In this document: in pieces, positions 53,365 to 64,000 of the stretch
Layout: every line of letters begins with the position of its first letter
How positions within the stretch are numbered: the stretch's first letter is position 1
Source of the DNA: Candidatus Cloacimonadota bacterium
Lineage (GTDB): Bacteria > Cloacimonadota > Cloacimonadia > Cloacimonadales > Cloacimonadaceae
DNA length: 64,000 nucleotides
Assembly: GCA_017994635.1 (NCBI GenBank)
Contig: JAGOKK010000001.1
Coordinates: forward strand, 140 to 64,139
Reading direction: 5' to 3'
Program-made: the position numbers and the translations under genes
The notes under the pieces: generated by a model
What the model saw: the letters and a program-made list of their open reading frames with translations, nothing else
What the model was told of the DNA's origin: nothing
Databases searched by the model: none

Positions 53365-53890
53365 TATATCGGCAGTACTGTTTGACGAACGGCGTATTCA
53401 ACATCGCATTCGTGAGATAGGCCAACAAATCAATACGGATTATGAAGGCAAGGTTCCGGTGATCATCGGCGTACTAAAGGGCGGATTCATGTTTTTAAGC
53501 GACCTGGTGCGCGCGGTCACGATCCACGTAGAGATCGACTTTCTGGCCATCTCCAGCTATGGTGCGGGCACTTCCAGCAGTGGAGTGGTAAAGATACGCA
53601 AAGATATCGATATCGACTTGAACGAAAGAGACGTAATCATCGTGGAAGACATCGTGGATAGCGGCCTCTCATTACAATACATAAAGGATTACATCTGGAA
53701 GCATAAACCAGCGAGTCTTCGTACCTGTGTACTATTGGATAAACCCAACGCGCACAAGATCGAAACCTCTTTTGAGTATGTGGGATTTGAAGTAGGCAAT
53801 GAGTTTGTGGTTGGCTACGGACTCGATTTTGGCGAAAGATACCGGAATCTGCCTTACATCGGCATCCTCAAGGAAGAGTGCTATTCATGA
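53345..53890 (+). CDS. hpt: Hypoxanthine phosphoribosyltransferase
   Basis: 181 aa with the PRPP motif VIIVEDIVDSGLSL and GVLKGGFMF. It shows the conserved tilS-hpt-ftsH synteny. Confidence 0.9.
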   Translation: MNLMNCDISAVLFDERRIQHRIREIGQQINTDYEGKVPVIIGVLKGGFMFLSDLVRAVTIHVEIDFLAISSYGAGTSSSGVVKIRKDIDIDLNERDVIIVEDIVDSGLSLQYIKDYIWKHKPASLRTCVLLDKPNAHKIETSFEYVGFEVGNEFVVGYGLDFGERYRNLPYIGILKEECYS

Positions 53891-56058
53891 AAATCGTGCT
53901 CAGTATCATCCTGACCGTCCTCAGTTTCGCGCTAGGGGCACAGGTTTTAAACGATAGTCTGTCGGTGGTCTCTGATCAGATACCGGAAGTGATGGAAAGC
54001 TTTGGCAATATGCTGCAATGGTTTATCTACGCCATCATCCTGATCTCCGTGATCGGCCTGGTTCGGATATGGTTGATCAAACGCAAGGTAAACCCACCTA
54101 CCCAGTCTTCTATCAAGGATCCCAAAGCCCCTTTACCGGCCAAAAAATCTTTTCTATCCATGCCTCTGGTGTTCATTCTGATCATGCTGGGCATAGTGTT
54201 TTGGCATACCTACAGCAGTAGCAAAGATACTGTCACCAAAGAAGGCTACAGCAATTTCGTAGCGCGGATGCACAATGGCAGCCTCACCTCGGTGCAATTT
54301 ACCGAACGCGATATCATCTATGCCGATCTTTCCGGCAAGAAATACATCAGCAGCATCCCCTTTGACGACGCGCGTCTGGTGGATAGTCTTTTAGTACGCG
54401 GGATCAAAGTATCCACTGCCAAACCGCCGCGTTGGACGGGACTAATCTCCTATGCTCTTCCCTTCATCGTCTTGATCTTTTTCTATGTTTTTTTGATGCG
54501 GGGAATGAATAGCCAAAATTCCAAGGCCTTTAGCTTTGGCAAGAGCAAAGCCCGCCTGCATGAAGCCAGTAAATCCAAGGTCACCTTCAAAGACGTGGCC
54601 GGAGTGGACGAGGCCAAAGAAGAGCTGCAGGAAATAGTGGAATTCTTGAAAGATCCCGCCAAGTTTCAAAGGTTGGGGGGACGAATTCCCCGTGGTGTGC
54701 TCCTGGTGGGACGTCCCGGAACAGGTAAGACCCTATTGGCCAAAGCTGTTTCCGGTGAAGCTGGAGTACCTTTCTTTTCCATCTCTGGCTCGGATTTTGT
54801 AGAGATGTTCGTAGGCGTGGGCGCAGCGAGAGTACGTGACCTCTTTGAACAGGCCAAGAAAAATTCTCCCTGCATTACCTTTATCGATGAAATCGACGCC
54901 GTGGGCAGGCATCGCGGTACGGGGCTGGGCGGAGGTCATGACGAAAGAGAACAGACTCTGAATCAGCTTTTAGTGGAGATGGATGGTTTTGAGCCAAATG
55001 AAGCGGTGATCATCATTGCCGCCACCAATCGTCCTGATATCCTGGATCCGGCACTTCTGCGTCCCGGTAGATTCGATCGTCAGGTCACAGTTGATTTACC
55101 GGATATAAAAGGCCGAACTGAAATTCTGAGGGTGCACGCTGCCAAAGTCCCTCTTTGCGCAGATGTACTATTGGAGCTAATCGCTCGGGGTACACCCGGT
55201 TTTAGCGGTGCAGACCTGGCAAATCTAGTGAATGAAGCTGCACTGATCGCTGCCAGCAAGGGCAAAAGCAAGATAGAAATGGTGGATTTTGAAGAAGCGA
55301 AGGATAAGCTTACTCTGGGCAAAGAAAAGAAGAGCCGTGTGATTCCCGAAGATGATAAGCGCCTCACAGCTTATCATGAGATTGGGCATGTGCTCACTAG
55401 CATTTTTCAGGATATGGTGGAGCCAGTGCATAAGGTCAGCATTATTCCGCGAGGTTTTACTGGCGGCGCCACGCATTATCTGCAAAGCGACAAGACGGGA
55501 TATTCCAAGACCTACCTGCAGCAGTTTCTGGTTACCCTTTTGGGAGGCAGAGCGGCGGAAGAAGTGGTATTTGGAGAATTAACCACTGGAGCTGGCAATG
55601 ACCTGGAACGCACAACGGATATAGCCAAAAAGATGGTCTGCGCCTGGGGTATGAGTGAAAAAGTGGGTCCCATGACTATAGGCAAGGATCAGGGTGAAGT
55701 GTATCTGGGCAAGGAAATCCTTTCCCGCGATATATACAGCGATGAGACCTCACGCCTGGTGGATAGTGAGATTCGCGCCATTATCAACGAAGCCCATCAA
55801 AAAGCCACCGATATCCTGAACCGCCACCGTCCTCTCCTGGATAAACTGTCGCAAGTGCTGCAAGAGAAGGAAACTCTGGGCACAGAAGATATATTCCAGC
55901 TGATCATGGAAGATCTGGGCGATGAGGATAGAGCAATGGTGGACAAAAAGTTCGCTCGCGCACGTGAAATGCGCTTTGAACACAGTCAGGAAGAGATCGC
56001 GGAAGTTGACACCAGCGTGGAACTCGATGATAACAAAGAGGAGCAGCCCGGTGCCTGA
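53887..56058 (+). CDS. ftsH: ATP-dependent zinc metalloprotease FtsH
   Basis: It has [17 protein letters not shown], the SRH region [20 protein letters not shown] and the zinc motif HEIGH. I chose the ATG at 53887, which overlaps the hpt stop (ATGA). Confidence 0.93.
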   Translation: MKIVLSIILTVLSFALGAQVLNDSLSVVSDQIPEVMESFGNMLQWFIYAIILISVIGLVRIWLIKRKVNPPTQSSIKDPKAPLPAKKSFLSMPLVFILIMLGIVFWHTYSSSKDTVTKEGYSNFVARMHNGSLTSVQFTERDIIYADLSGKKYISSIPFDDARLVDSLLVRGIKVSTAKPPRWTGLISYALPFIVLIFFYVFLMRGMNSQNSKAFSFGKSKARLHEASKSKVTFKDVAGVDEAKEELQEIVEFLKDPAKFQRLGGRIPRGVLLVGRPGTGKTLLAKAVSGEAGVPFFSISGSDFVEMFVGVGAARVRDLFEQAKKNSPCITFIDEIDAVGRHRGTGLGGGHDEREQTLNQLLVEMDGFEPNEAVIIIAATNRPDILDPALLRPGRFDRQVTVDLPDIKGRTEILRVHAAKVPLCADVLLELIARGTPGFSGADLANLVNEAALIAASKGKSKIEMVDFEEAKDKLTLGKEKKSRVIPEDDKRLTAYHEIGHVLTSIFQDMVEPVHKVSIIPRGFTGGATHYLQSDKTGYSKTYLQQFLVTLLGGRAAEEVVFGELTTGAGNDLERTTDIAKKMVCAWGMSEKVGPMTIGKDQGEVYLGKEILSRDIYSDETSRLVDSEIRAIINEAHQKATDILNRHRPLLDKLSQVLQEKETLGTEDIFQLIMEDLGDEDRAMVDKKFARAREMRFEHSQEEIAEVDTSVELDDNKEEQPGA

Positions 56059-56065
56059 GAAAGTA

Positions 56066-56590
56066 ATGCATGGTACTACGATCCTGGGATTTCACCGTGA
56101 GGGCAAAACAGCCATTTGCGGAGACGGACAGGTAACTTTGGGTGATACAGTGGTCAAAGCCAAGGCAGTAAAGATCCGCAGGATTTATGATGGCAAGGTG
56201 ATCATTGGATTTGCTGGGGCTACCGCTGATGCTTTCACTTTGTTCGAAAAGTTTGAAGAGAAGCTGAAAGCAAACAAGGGAAACCTGCGTAAAGCTGCTG
56301 TCGATCTTGCCAAAGACTGGCGTCAAGACAAGTATTTGCGCCGTTTGGAAGCGATGCTGATAGCCGGTGACAAAAGCGGGATATTGATGATCAGCGGAGT
56401 AGGTGACGTGATGGAGCCAGATGACGGATTGATCGCCATCGGTAGCGGAGGGAACTATGCCCTGGCTGCTGCTCGGGCTTTGGCAGCCAATACCAATATG
56501 TCGGTGGAACAGATAGTGAGCGAATCGTTGCGCATTGCCGGAGAAATCTGTGTTTACACAAACAACCAGTGCATTGTGGAGGTGCTGTAG
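56066..56590 (+). CDS. hslV: ATP-dependent protease subunit HslV
   Basis: It begins [14 protein letters not shown] (N-terminal Thr nucleophile context) and has [10 protein letters not shown] and [14 protein letters not shown]. The ORF-track start at 55922 lies inside ftsH, so I chose the ATG at 56066. Confidence 0.9.
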   Translation: MHGTTILGFHREGKTAICGDGQVTLGDTVVKAKAVKIRRIYDGKVIIGFAGATADAFTLFEKFEEKLKANKGNLRKAAVDLAKDWRQDKYLRRLEAMLIAGDKSGILMISGVGDVMEPDDGLIAIGSGGNYALAAARALAANTNMSVEQIVSESLRIAGEICVYTNNQCIVEVL

Positions 56591-56591
56591 A

Positions 56592-57947
56592 GTGCTGGAT
56601 CCCAAGATTTTAACCCCTCGTCGAATCGTGGCAGAATTGGATAAATACATCATTGGCCAAGCCGCGGCAAAACGCAGCGTTGCCATCGCTCTGCGTAACA
56701 GATGGCGGCGACAACAGATAGGCGGCGAGTTGGGGCGTGAGATTGTGCCCAATAATATCATCATGATCGGCCCTACGGGGGTTGGTAAAACCGAGATTGC
56801 CAGAAGAATCGCGCGTCTGGTAAATGCTCCCTTCATCAAAGTGGAAGCCTCCAAGTTTACTGAAGTGGGCTATGTGGGACGTGATGTGGAATCGATGATC
56901 CGGGAGCTGATGAATCACGCAGTGGCCATTACAAGGCAACAGATGGTGGAAGAAGTGAAAGACAATGCCCGCGCTTTGGCCGAAAACGCCATTCTGGATA
57001 TCCTGATGCCAAAACGCAAGAATAAGAACAGCAGTTTAAGCGAGGATGAACTGGCCAGATCCGAACGGAGCAGGGAAAAGATGCGGGACAAACTGCAACA
57101 AGGCCTGCTGGACGATCGGGAAATCGAGATCGAGATCGGAGATGAAGGCGCTCCCAGTTTTGAGATCATGAGCAATTTCTCCCTGGAAGCCATAGATTTT
57201 GATATGACAGATATGCTGGCCAATATCCTGCCTACCCGGATGACCGGCAAAAAGCAGCGTCATAACGTGAAGGAAGCCCTTCGCCGCTATACTGAACGTG
57301 AGATAAACAAATTGATCCCCCGGGAAAAGGTGGTGGAAGCAGCGAGACAGGCTGTGGAGGAGAACGGGATCGTCTTCATCGATGAAATCGATAAGATAGC
57401 CAGCACAGACAACAAAGGAGGCATCGACGTATCACGCAGTGGCGTTCAGAGAGATTTGCTGCCCATTGTGGAAGGCAGCAGCGTACCTACCAAATATGGC
57501 CCGATCGATACCTCACATATCCTATTCATCGCAGCGGGAGCCTTTTCCATCGCCAAACCAAGCGATTTGATCCCAGAACTGCAGGGCAGATTCCCCATCC
57601 GGGTAGAGCTGAATAGCCTTACAGAAGATGATTTTACCCGCATTCTAAAAGAACCAGAGAATGCACTTACCAAGCAGTATACCGAGCTGTTTAAAACCGA
57701 AGCTGTGGATTTGAGCTTTAGTGGCGGAGCTATCTCGGAAATCGCGCACTACGCGGCCATTGCCAACGAGCGGATGGAGGATATCGGAGCTCGTAGACTA
57801 CACACCATTCTAAATACTCTTTTGGACGACTACCTGTTTGAAATGCCTTCCCTACAATTGAATGAAGTAAAAATCAGTAAAAGCATCGTAATTAAACGGC
57901 TCGGACCGGTGATCGAGAGTGAGGATCTCTCGCGCTTTATCCTCTAA
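56592..57947 (+). CDS. hslU: ATP-dependent protease ATPase subunit HslU
   Basis: It has LTPRRIVAELDKYIIGQ, GPTGVGKTEIARR, VFIDEIDKI and PELQGRFPIRVEL. I chose the GTG start at 56592, directly after the hslV stop. Confidence 0.9.
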   Translation: MLDPKILTPRRIVAELDKYIIGQAAAKRSVAIALRNRWRRQQIGGELGREIVPNNIIMIGPTGVGKTEIARRIARLVNAPFIKVEASKFTEVGYVGRDVESMIRELMNHAVAITRQQMVEEVKDNARALAENAILDILMPKRKNKNSSLSEDELARSERSREKMRDKLQQGLLDDREIEIEIGDEGAPSFEIMSNFSLEAIDFDMTDMLANILPTRMTGKKQRHNVKEALRRYTEREINKLIPREKVVEAARQAVEENGIVFIDEIDKIASTDNKGGIDVSRSGVQRDLLPIVEGSSVPTKYGPIDTSHILFIAAGAFSIAKPSDLIPELQGRFPIRVELNSLTEDDFTRILKEPENALTKQYTELFKTEAVDLSFSGGAISEIAHYAAIANERMEDIGARRLHTILNTLLDDYLFEMPSLQLNEVKISKSIVIKRLGPVIESEDLSRFIL

Positions 57948-59245
57948 TGATAGACTTTATCAAAAAGACTTTCATCTCTTTGTCCATAAGGAACTACCGG
58001 CTCTTTTTCAGCGGACAGATCTTATCCCTGATCGGAACCTGGATCCAAAGGACCACCATGAGCTGGTTTGTCTATCGTCTTACCAATTCCGCCATGATCC
58101 TTGGTCTGGTTACCTTTCTATCTATGATACCCTCCGTTTTCGTATCTCCTTTTGTGGGAGCTTTGGCAGACGGCTGGAATAGGCATCGGACGATAATCTA
58201 CACGCAGATAGCTTTTTTGGTGCAAAACACCATCCTCGCAGTGCTGGTGCTGACCAATGTAATCAATGAGAACCTCACCTACCCAATATTGTTGCTGGCC
58301 TTGATGCAAGGTATCATTGAGGCGGTGGATTCCCCCACGCGCCAGGCCTTGCTGATCGATCTGGTGGGGGATAAAAAGATGATCCCAAACGCGATCGCCA
58401 CCAATAGCGCCATGTTTAACGGCGCCAGGCTGGTGGGGCCTGCTGTGGGGGGACTCCTGATCATCCTGTTCAGTGAGGGTGTCTGCTTTGCCATCAACGC
58501 AGCATCATACCTTCCCATCATTGTTTCTTTACAATTCATAAAGGTTAGCTACCCCAAGGTACCAAAATCCCCGCAACCCATACTACAGAAGATTGCTGCC
58601 GGATGGGTCTATGTGTACCACAGCTTTCCCATCCGCTTCTTGATCGCGAATCTGGCGATCTACACCCTGTTTGGTTATAGTTATTCCACCTTGATCCCCA
58701 TCTTCGCCCGCGACATTTTGGGCGGGAATAGCGGAACTCAGGGGCTTTTGATGTCCACCGCGGGAATAGGAGCATTGGTTGGAGCCATTATCCTGGCCTC
58801 CAAATCCAGCATCAGGGGGCTGCAAATCAGGCTGATTGTGGTGGGGTTGATTGCCAGCACAGGATTGATCATATTTTCCAGAAGTAGTGTATTGGCTATA
58901 TCCATGCTTATGATGCTCTTTATCGGTTTTGGGATCATGATGAATACGGCCACTACCAACACCTTGCTCCAGTCCATCGTCTCCGATGATATGCGAACCC
59001 GGGTGTTAAGCGCATACACTATGAGCTTCATGAGTATGACGCCTTTTGGTGGACTGCTGGCAGGAAGCCTGTCCTCGCGTTTGGGGGCTCAAACAGCGCT
59101 GTTGATCTGCGCGTCGATATGCTTCCTCTGGAGCCTGAATAGTTTACGTCTGGTTCCCCGCTTTACCAGGGATATGCTGAAGATGCTGGTGTCAAATTCG
59201 AACAGCGCGGCTTACCGTGCTCCCAAGCTGAGGTTGAACTCATGA
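57947..59245 (+). CDS. MFS transporter (MFS_3 / enterobactin-exporter-like)
   Basis: 432 aa with about 12 TM segments. The N-terminus NYRLFFSGQILSLIGTWIQ and GALADGWNRHR are typical of this MFS subgroup. Confidence 0.8.
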   Translation: MIDFIKKTFISLSIRNYRLFFSGQILSLIGTWIQRTTMSWFVYRLTNSAMILGLVTFLSMIPSVFVSPFVGALADGWNRHRTIIYTQIAFLVQNTILAVLVLTNVINENLTYPILLLALMQGIIEAVDSPTRQALLIDLVGDKKMIPNAIATNSAMFNGARLVGPAVGGLLIILFSEGVCFAINAASYLPIIVSLQFIKVSYPKVPKSPQPILQKIAAGWVYVYHSFPIRFLIANLAIYTLFGYSYSTLIPIFARDILGGNSGTQGLLMSTAGIGALVGAIILASKSSIRGLQIRLIVVGLIASTGLIIFSRSSVLAISMLMMLFIGFGIMMNTATTNTLLQSIVSDDMRTRVLSAYTMSFMSMTPFGGLLAGSLSSRLGAQTALLICASICFLWSLNSLRLVPRFTRDMLKMLVSNSNSAAYRAPKLRLNS

Positions 59246-59934
59246 AAAGTGTATTCTTCCATCTAGGAGCAATGGATCCTGATTATCGGGGTATTATGAA
59301 GCGGCATACTGATTTTGAAGTAGCGGGACGCAGCATTCCAGCAGATCGCACCGTGATCGCCGATCAAACCCATTCTGCAGTAGTACATCTATGCCGGGAA
59401 GAGGATTGCGGGGCCGGATTTGGCACACATCAGCAGATCCCTGTGGTAGATGCTCTGATCACCGACATTCCCCATCAATACCTGTTGATCAGAACTGCAG
59501 ATTGCACGCCAATCATACTCATCGATCCAAAGCGGGTGGTAGTGGCAGCAGTGCACAGCGGTCGTGAGGGCACGCGTAAGAATATCGCCGGAGCTTGTGT
59601 AAATGCCATGATCGGCCATTATGGCTGCAACCCTGCTGATATTGTTGCCCATATCGGAGCCGGCATTTGTGAAGCGCATTATGAGGTTAGTGAGGCAATG
59701 TATGAGGAGTTCAATGCCAGCTTGATCAGTGAGGGCTTTAGCCCTTGCACCAATATTCACAGGCATTTGAACATCAGAACTACGATTTTTCAACAGCTCA
59801 TCCGGGCGGGGCTGCGGTTTATCAATATTGAAAACGTCCACGTCTGTACTTATGAAGATACCGGCTACTTTTCCTATCGCCGGAATGGGACCAATAACCG
59901 TCAGATAAACATAATCGGGATCATCGATGAATAA
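59242..59934 (+). CDS. pgeF: Peptidoglycan editing factor PgeF / YfiH (DUF152, laccase-domain) family
   Basis: 230 aa with QTHSAVV, RTADCTPI, HSGREGT and the CEAHYEV Cys/His motifs. Confidence 0.8.
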   Translation: MKSVFFHLGAMDPDYRGIMKRHTDFEVAGRSIPADRTVIADQTHSAVVHLCREEDCGAGFGTHQQIPVVDALITDIPHQYLLIRTADCTPIILIDPKRVVVAAVHSGREGTRKNIAGACVNAMIGHYGCNPADIVAHIGAGICEAHYEVSEAMYEEFNASLISEGFSPCTNIHRHLNIRTTIFQQLIRAGLRFINIENVHVCTYEDTGYFSYRRNGTNNRQINIIGIIDE

Positions 59935-61207
59935 GATATTAAAGAACAAAAGCGGAAACCTGATCCTGGAATTGCGCAAAGAGAGTGCATCCGCATGGCT
60001 GACGATCAAGCGCAGTGACCGGTTGGTGGATGAACAGGATATCCTGGATCTGCTCGAAGAAGCTGGCATCAAGACTGGCTTCAGTGAGGCAATCCAAATG
60101 ATGCGTGAACGCGGTCTGGAAAAGGATTTTGACATCCCCTTTCCCATCGCAGTGAGCCACAATGAAGACAGCTCCCACGAATTGAAGCTGCATTATCACT
60201 TTGATGCCACTCTGACAAAAGGACAGATATCTATCCTCGGACTAAAGGATCTGGCCAAACTATCCTACGCCAATAAAGGCGATTGTCTGGCTGCTTACTC
60301 TGATAACATCTTCGAGCGGGAGGGCAGTATCTACGATATCTTCGGTGAGCTGATCAGCCCCATGGCAGTAGACGACGAACAGGCGCAGAGACTGGCAGGA
60401 ACAAAGGTTGGCTATGAAGCTGGTGAGTATATTGCCCTGGCCACTGGATATCCCTATCTGGATGATGACGGACAAATCTGCATCCTGGACTCACTCACGA
60501 TCAAGGCTGATTGTTGCGATGCAGATGAAGCCATCCGCAGCCCCCTGGCTCTGGAGATTATCGGCGATATCGAGAATTGTAACATCGCGGTGGCAAACAC
60601 ACTGAAAGTAACCGGTAACATCAAGGATTGCAGCGTATTCTGCGAAAAAGACCTGTTGGTGGAAGGCAGTATTATCGGTTGCGTGAATCCCGGCATTCAG
60701 GTCTTGGGAGATCTGCAGGTATGCAGCATCATCAAATCCCGGGTACTCGTGCGCCATGATGTCAGATTCCGGGATAGTATCAATGATTCCACTCTAGCTC
60801 TGGATGGTTCGATCACCGGTCTTACTGAGGAATCAAATATCAGCGGTAGTGTTTGCCAGGCAGCCAATGATATCAGGATTGGCATAGCAGGTGGAGATTC
60901 GGATACAGAGATTGAGATCGCCATCAGCCCCTTTTACCGGGCAATGCTGATGCAGATGACCAAGGAACTGGTTCGCTTGCGAGACGAGAACGAGGATCAG
61001 GCGATTGCGGAACTACAGGAACGAATCAACCGCTGCGAAGCAGAATTGGACAAGCAGTTGAACGCTTTTTTACAGAGAGATCCCAACGATAAAAAGAGAG
61101 TATTGGTCTCCACTAAGGTATATCCCAAGACCGTGTTTCGCATCCTGAAGCATGTGTATCCGATAAAGAACGCCCAAAGGGGCATAGAACTATTTGAAAA
61201 GGAATAA
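59927..61207 (+). CDS. DUF342 / FapA-family protein
   Basis: 426 aa. It has the N-terminal fold-switch region (LDLLEEAGIKTGFSEAI), a central beta-helix-like repeat of G/V/I-rich turns, and a C-terminal coiled coil followed by VFRILK. Confidence 0.6.
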   Translation: MNKILKNKSGNLILELRKESASAWLTIKRSDRLVDEQDILDLLEEAGIKTGFSEAIQMMRERGLEKDFDIPFPIAVSHNEDSSHELKLHYHFDATLTKGQISILGLKDLAKLSYANKGDCLAAYSDNIFEREGSIYDIFGELISPMAVDDEQAQRLAGTKVGYEAGEYIALATGYPYLDDDGQICILDSLTIKADCCDADEAIRSPLALEIIGDIENCNIAVANTLKVTGNIKDCSVFCEKDLLVEGSIIGCVNPGIQVLGDLQVCSIIKSRVLVRHDVRFRDSINDSTLALDGSITGLTEESNISGSVCQAANDIRIGIAGGDSDTEIEIAISPFYRAMLMQMTKELVRLRDENEDQAIAELQERINRCEAELDKQLNAFLQRDPNDKKRVLVSTKVYPKTVFRILKHVYPIKNAQRGIELFEKE

Positions 61208-61225
61208 AACTTGTCCAGATTTGCT

Positions 61226-64000
61226 ATGAAACTCGGATTGCTCATGTCACTTGCTGCTCTGATGCTCGTATGGACTCAGGTGGGTGCCCAGGTTCCCGGA
61301 TTTGCCAAAGATCCTGCCATTTCTCCTGATGGGAAACAGGTTTGTTTTGTTTTGGATGAAGATTTGTGGCTGGTACCCTTTAGCGGAGGCACTGCCCACC
61401 GCATTACCAATACTCCTTCTGCAGAGTGGAGTCCGCAGTGGTCTCCAGATGGGAACTGGATCGCATTCAATTCCAACCGGGAAGGACAAACCTACCCCTA
61501 TCTCATTTCTGCAAAAGGTGGAGAAGCCAAAGCAATAATCCGAGAAAGCTATAGCATCACTGATTGGTTCAAAGATGGGAAACACCTGCTGGTGCTGCGA
61601 AGCGGCTTCGAATGGGGTTCATCCTTTTACAAACTGCCCATAGACGGTAGCAGGGCCACCCTGATCGGCGAGTTCGGCGCAGCCTTTGCCTCGCTTTCTC
61701 CGGATAACCGAAGCATTGTGTTTGCCCGTTATGGAGATGCCCACCGCGAAGCCTACACTGGCAGTTTGAACGGCGACTTATGGAAACTGGATATTGCATC
61801 AAAGAAGTATACCCGGCTTACCAAAACCGAATTTACTGAGCGCTATCCCAGATATTCCCATACCAAAGACGCGCTATACTATGCGTATTCCGATGGCAAG
61901 CGCTATCAGCTATTCCGGGCCGACAAGGAGAAATTCTCCCGGGCTGATAAGCTGAGCAACCTACCCTTCTTCAGCGTACGCGATATCTCGATCGCCCGGG
62001 CAAATGACCGCATCGTCTTCGAGCACTTTGACGAAATCTATCGCTATGATCCGGATTCTAAAGCCAAAAACAAGGTCAGCCGTCTGGATTTCGATGTAGC
62101 TGAAGATACCTGGCACAATACCAGAAAGGAAACCAGTATGCAGGGCGAAATGGATGATTACAACGTATCAGACAATGAACTGCTGGTAGCCTATAACTTT
62201 ATGTATGACAGCTTTTTGGTACCCCGCAAGGGCGGGCTGTCACGACAGCTTACCTTTGACCACAGTGGCTACTCCGGTCTGCACTTTATCACCGACCGTA
62301 AGCTACTGATCAGCAAACTGCACAAGGGTAAGGAAAGCTTGTTTACCGTTGAGATAGATTCCCTGATGCAGCTCACTCCGCTGGACTGGTTTGGCAAAGA
62401 CAGCCTGGTGGTGGAACGGATCAGTAAAGACAGCCAGGGACGCTGGCAAATCCATTATGGGGATTACTCCCGCAGCGGCAGGATCGCTGTGGCGGATTCC
62501 GGATTTGTCAATCTGCGCCCATTGAACACTCCCTGGGTGGTTACTTCGAACTTCGCTCTAAACAAAGCTGGCACTCATGCGGTATATGCCATCCTTCGTG
62601 ATGATAACTACATGCGCGAATTGTATCTGTATGATTTTGGGCAGGACCGGCATCAAAAGATACTTACTGACGATAACTACATCTCGAACATCATGTGGAG
62701 CGAGGATGAGCGCTCATTGATCTTTACCCGGAATAGCGAACTCTACCGTCTGGATCTGGTCCCCCGCGACGAGTTTGAATACGAGACGGATCACTGGCTG
62801 GAGGTCTTTGAAGATAGCACCAAGCTCAAAGATACCAAGGCAGGGCCTGATTCTCTGGAAAACAAGAGTAAGGAAGATAACGAGGAGGATTACCTCTTTG
62901 TAATCGATGTATCTGATACCGCAAACGATACACAAAAGAAAGCAATCATTGCGGATCCCGTGTTCGAGATCGTGTGGGAAGGCATAGATAAACGCATGTA
63001 CCCCATTTATGCCAGCTCGGGCAGGAGCCTGAGAGCTCTGATCACATTAAGTGACTCCACCTTCATGTACATCGATCAGCCTCATTGGAACGATGCTTCG
63101 GGTGAATGGTTCCTAAAGAAGGGGGATATATATGGCAAGGGTAGCAAAGAGGTGTTCAATCTTGGGCGCGAAGCCAGGAACCTGAAACTAATAGGCACAA
63201 ACCTCTACTATCAGCAATCCAGCCGCCTGAAATCCTTCAATACCTCCGGCAACCGCAAACAGGATATCAAGATCACCACCGATTACAGCTACGACACCAA
63301 AGAACTCAACAAAAGGGTATTCGAGCAGGCCTGGGGCGCATTTGGCGACAATTTCTACGATCCCGGAATGCATGGTTTAAACTGGAATCAGATATACGAA
63401 AGATACCGTCCTTATGCCGATAAGGCGCGCAATATTAACGAAATCGGAACAATCATAGACGAGATGATCGGCGACGTAAATGCCTCACATACGGGGTTTT
63501 ACCCCCGCCGCGAGGAAGGGATACCTTACAAACCCACTGCATACCTGGGTCTTGATCTGGATTATACCGAGCGTCCTTTCGAAGGTATCCGCATCGCCAG
63601 AGTATATCCAAACACCAGGCTGGCATCATTTTATAAGGTAGAGTCTGGCGATCTGATCACCCATCTGGATGGGATCAAGATCACCAATAGTACTCCGCTT
63701 GATTCACTGCTGGCTGGAAAGGCTGGAAAGCAAGTAAAGCTGAGCATCAGCTCTGGAGAAAAAGAGATTGAAGCCCAGATTACCGCCCTGAACTACCGTG
63801 ATGCTTATAACCTATGGTATGAATACAAGGTAAACAGAAACCGGGAGCGGGTGGAAACTCTATCTGGAGGAAGGCTGGGCTATATCCACGTCCCGTCAAT
63901 GGGCAATAGCGACTACGATAAGTTTTACCGGGACGTCTTCCGGGATAATCACGATAAAGAAGCTCTTGTTCTGGACTTTCGCGGCAATACCGGTGGCCGC
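61226..64000 (+). CDS. Tricorn-protease-like S41 peptidase (TolB-type propellers + PDZ + S41 domain); C-terminal end cut by right window edge
   Basis: It is not in the ORF track because it is open to the window edge. My translation from ATG 61226 gives MKLGLLMSLAALMLVWTQVGAQVPGFAKDPAISPDGKQVCFVLDEDLWLVPFSGGTAHRITNTPSAEWSPQWSPDGNWIAFNSNREG.... Later it reads ...GDVNASHTGF..., then a PDZ-like GDLITHLDG, and it ends LVLDFRGNTGG(R) at 64000, in frame. Confidence 0.8.
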   Translation, partial: MKLGLLMSLAALMLVWTQVGAQVPGFAKDPAISPDGKQVCFVLDEDLWLVPFSGGTAHRITNTPSAEWSPQWSPDGNWIAFNSNREGQTYPYLISAKGGEAKAIIRESYSITDWFKDGKHLLVLRSGFEWGSSFYKLPIDGSRATLIGEFGAAFASLSPDNRSIVFARYGDAHREAYTGSLNGDLWKLDIASKKYTRLTKTEFTERYPRYSHTKDALYYAYSDGKRYQLFRADKEKFSRADKLSNLPFFSVRDISIARANDRIVFEHFDEIYRYDPDSKAKNKVSRLDFDVAEDTWHNTRKETSMQGEMDDYNVSDNELLVAYNFMYDSFLVPRKGGLSRQLTFDHSGYSGLHFITDRKLLISKLHKGKESLFTVEIDSLMQLTPLDWFGKDSLVVERISKDSQGRWQIHYGDYSRSGRIAVADSGFVNLRPLNTPWVVTSNFALNKAGTHAVYAILRDDNYMRELYLYDFGQDRHQKILTDDNYISNIMWSEDERSLIFTRNSELYRLDLVPRDEFEYETDHWLEVFEDSTKLKDTKAGPDSLENKSKEDNEEDYLFVIDVSDTANDTQKKAIIADPVFEIVWEGIDKRMYPIYASSGRSLRALITLSDSTFMYIDQPHWNDASGEWFLKKGDIYGKGSKEVFNLGREARNLKLIGTNLYYQQSSRLKSFNTSGNRKQDIKITTDYSYDTKELNKRVFEQAWGAFGDNFYDPGMHGLNWNQIYERYRPYADKARNINEIGTIIDEMIGDVNASHTGFYPRREEGIPYKPTAYLGLDLDYTERPFEGIRIARVYPNTRLASFYKVESGDLITHLDGIKITNSTPLDSLLAGKAGKQVKLSISSGEKEIEAQITALNYRDAYNLWYEYKVNRNRERVETLSGGRLGYIHVPSMGNSDYDKFYRDVFRDNHDKEALVLDFRGNTGGR

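Noticed and set aside
55904-56854. 316-aa minus-strand ORF spanning the ftsH/hslV/hslU junctions
   Set aside because: It is antisense to three strongly supported genes and has no motifs.
59389-60162. 257-aa minus-strand ORF
   Set aside because: It is antisense to pgeF and the DUF342 gene and has no motifs.

Overview
This is a dense chromosomal window of about 60 protein genes. I recognised no rRNA, tRNA, CRISPR array, transposase or integrase. The gene content suggests an anaerobic diderm of the FCB-superphylum or candidate-phylum type, but that placement is inference only. It rests on a PorU-like C25 peptidase with a T9SS-type C-terminal domain, a DUF2723 membrane protein, an LVIVD propeller, a 2-oxoacid:ferredoxin oxidoreductase and a phosphate butyryltransferase. 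Housekeeping blocks are cmk-ispH-rpsA (minus strand, rpsA cut by the left edge and absent from the ORF track), a dapD-centred amino-acid block, gpsA, acyP, a LysM-M23 peptidase, a sigma-70 factor, ptb, rlmH, cysS, tilS-hpt-ftsH-hslVU and pgeF. A tricorn-like S41 protease runs off the right edge and is also absent from the ORF track. Five things stand out. (1) A dispersed imperfect palindrome of about 115 bp, built from 11-nt phased GTTCARG sub-repeats, occurs three times (3545-3658, 25081-25198, 50105-50218), each time in an unusually long non-coding gap. A possible diverged fourth copy sits near 32592-32686. (2) A poly-gamma-glutamate locus (pgsB, pgsC and a doubly membrane-anchored third protein in the PgsA position) is followed by an unknown secreted protein and an unknown outer-membrane-barrel-like protein. 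(3) A 2-oxoacid:ferredoxin oxidoreductase is translationally coupled to a NapH-like membrane Fe-S protein and a membrane-anchored polyferredoxin. (4) A sensor-less, degenerate histidine-kinase-like protein is coupled to a sigma-54 activator whose GAFTGA loop reads GAFTDA. (5) A seven-gene minus-strand envelope cluster contains a prenyl synthase homologue with degenerate Asp-rich motifs and a MoxR ATPase with no VWA or DUF58 partner. All function calls come from motif and family recognition by eye; no searches were run.
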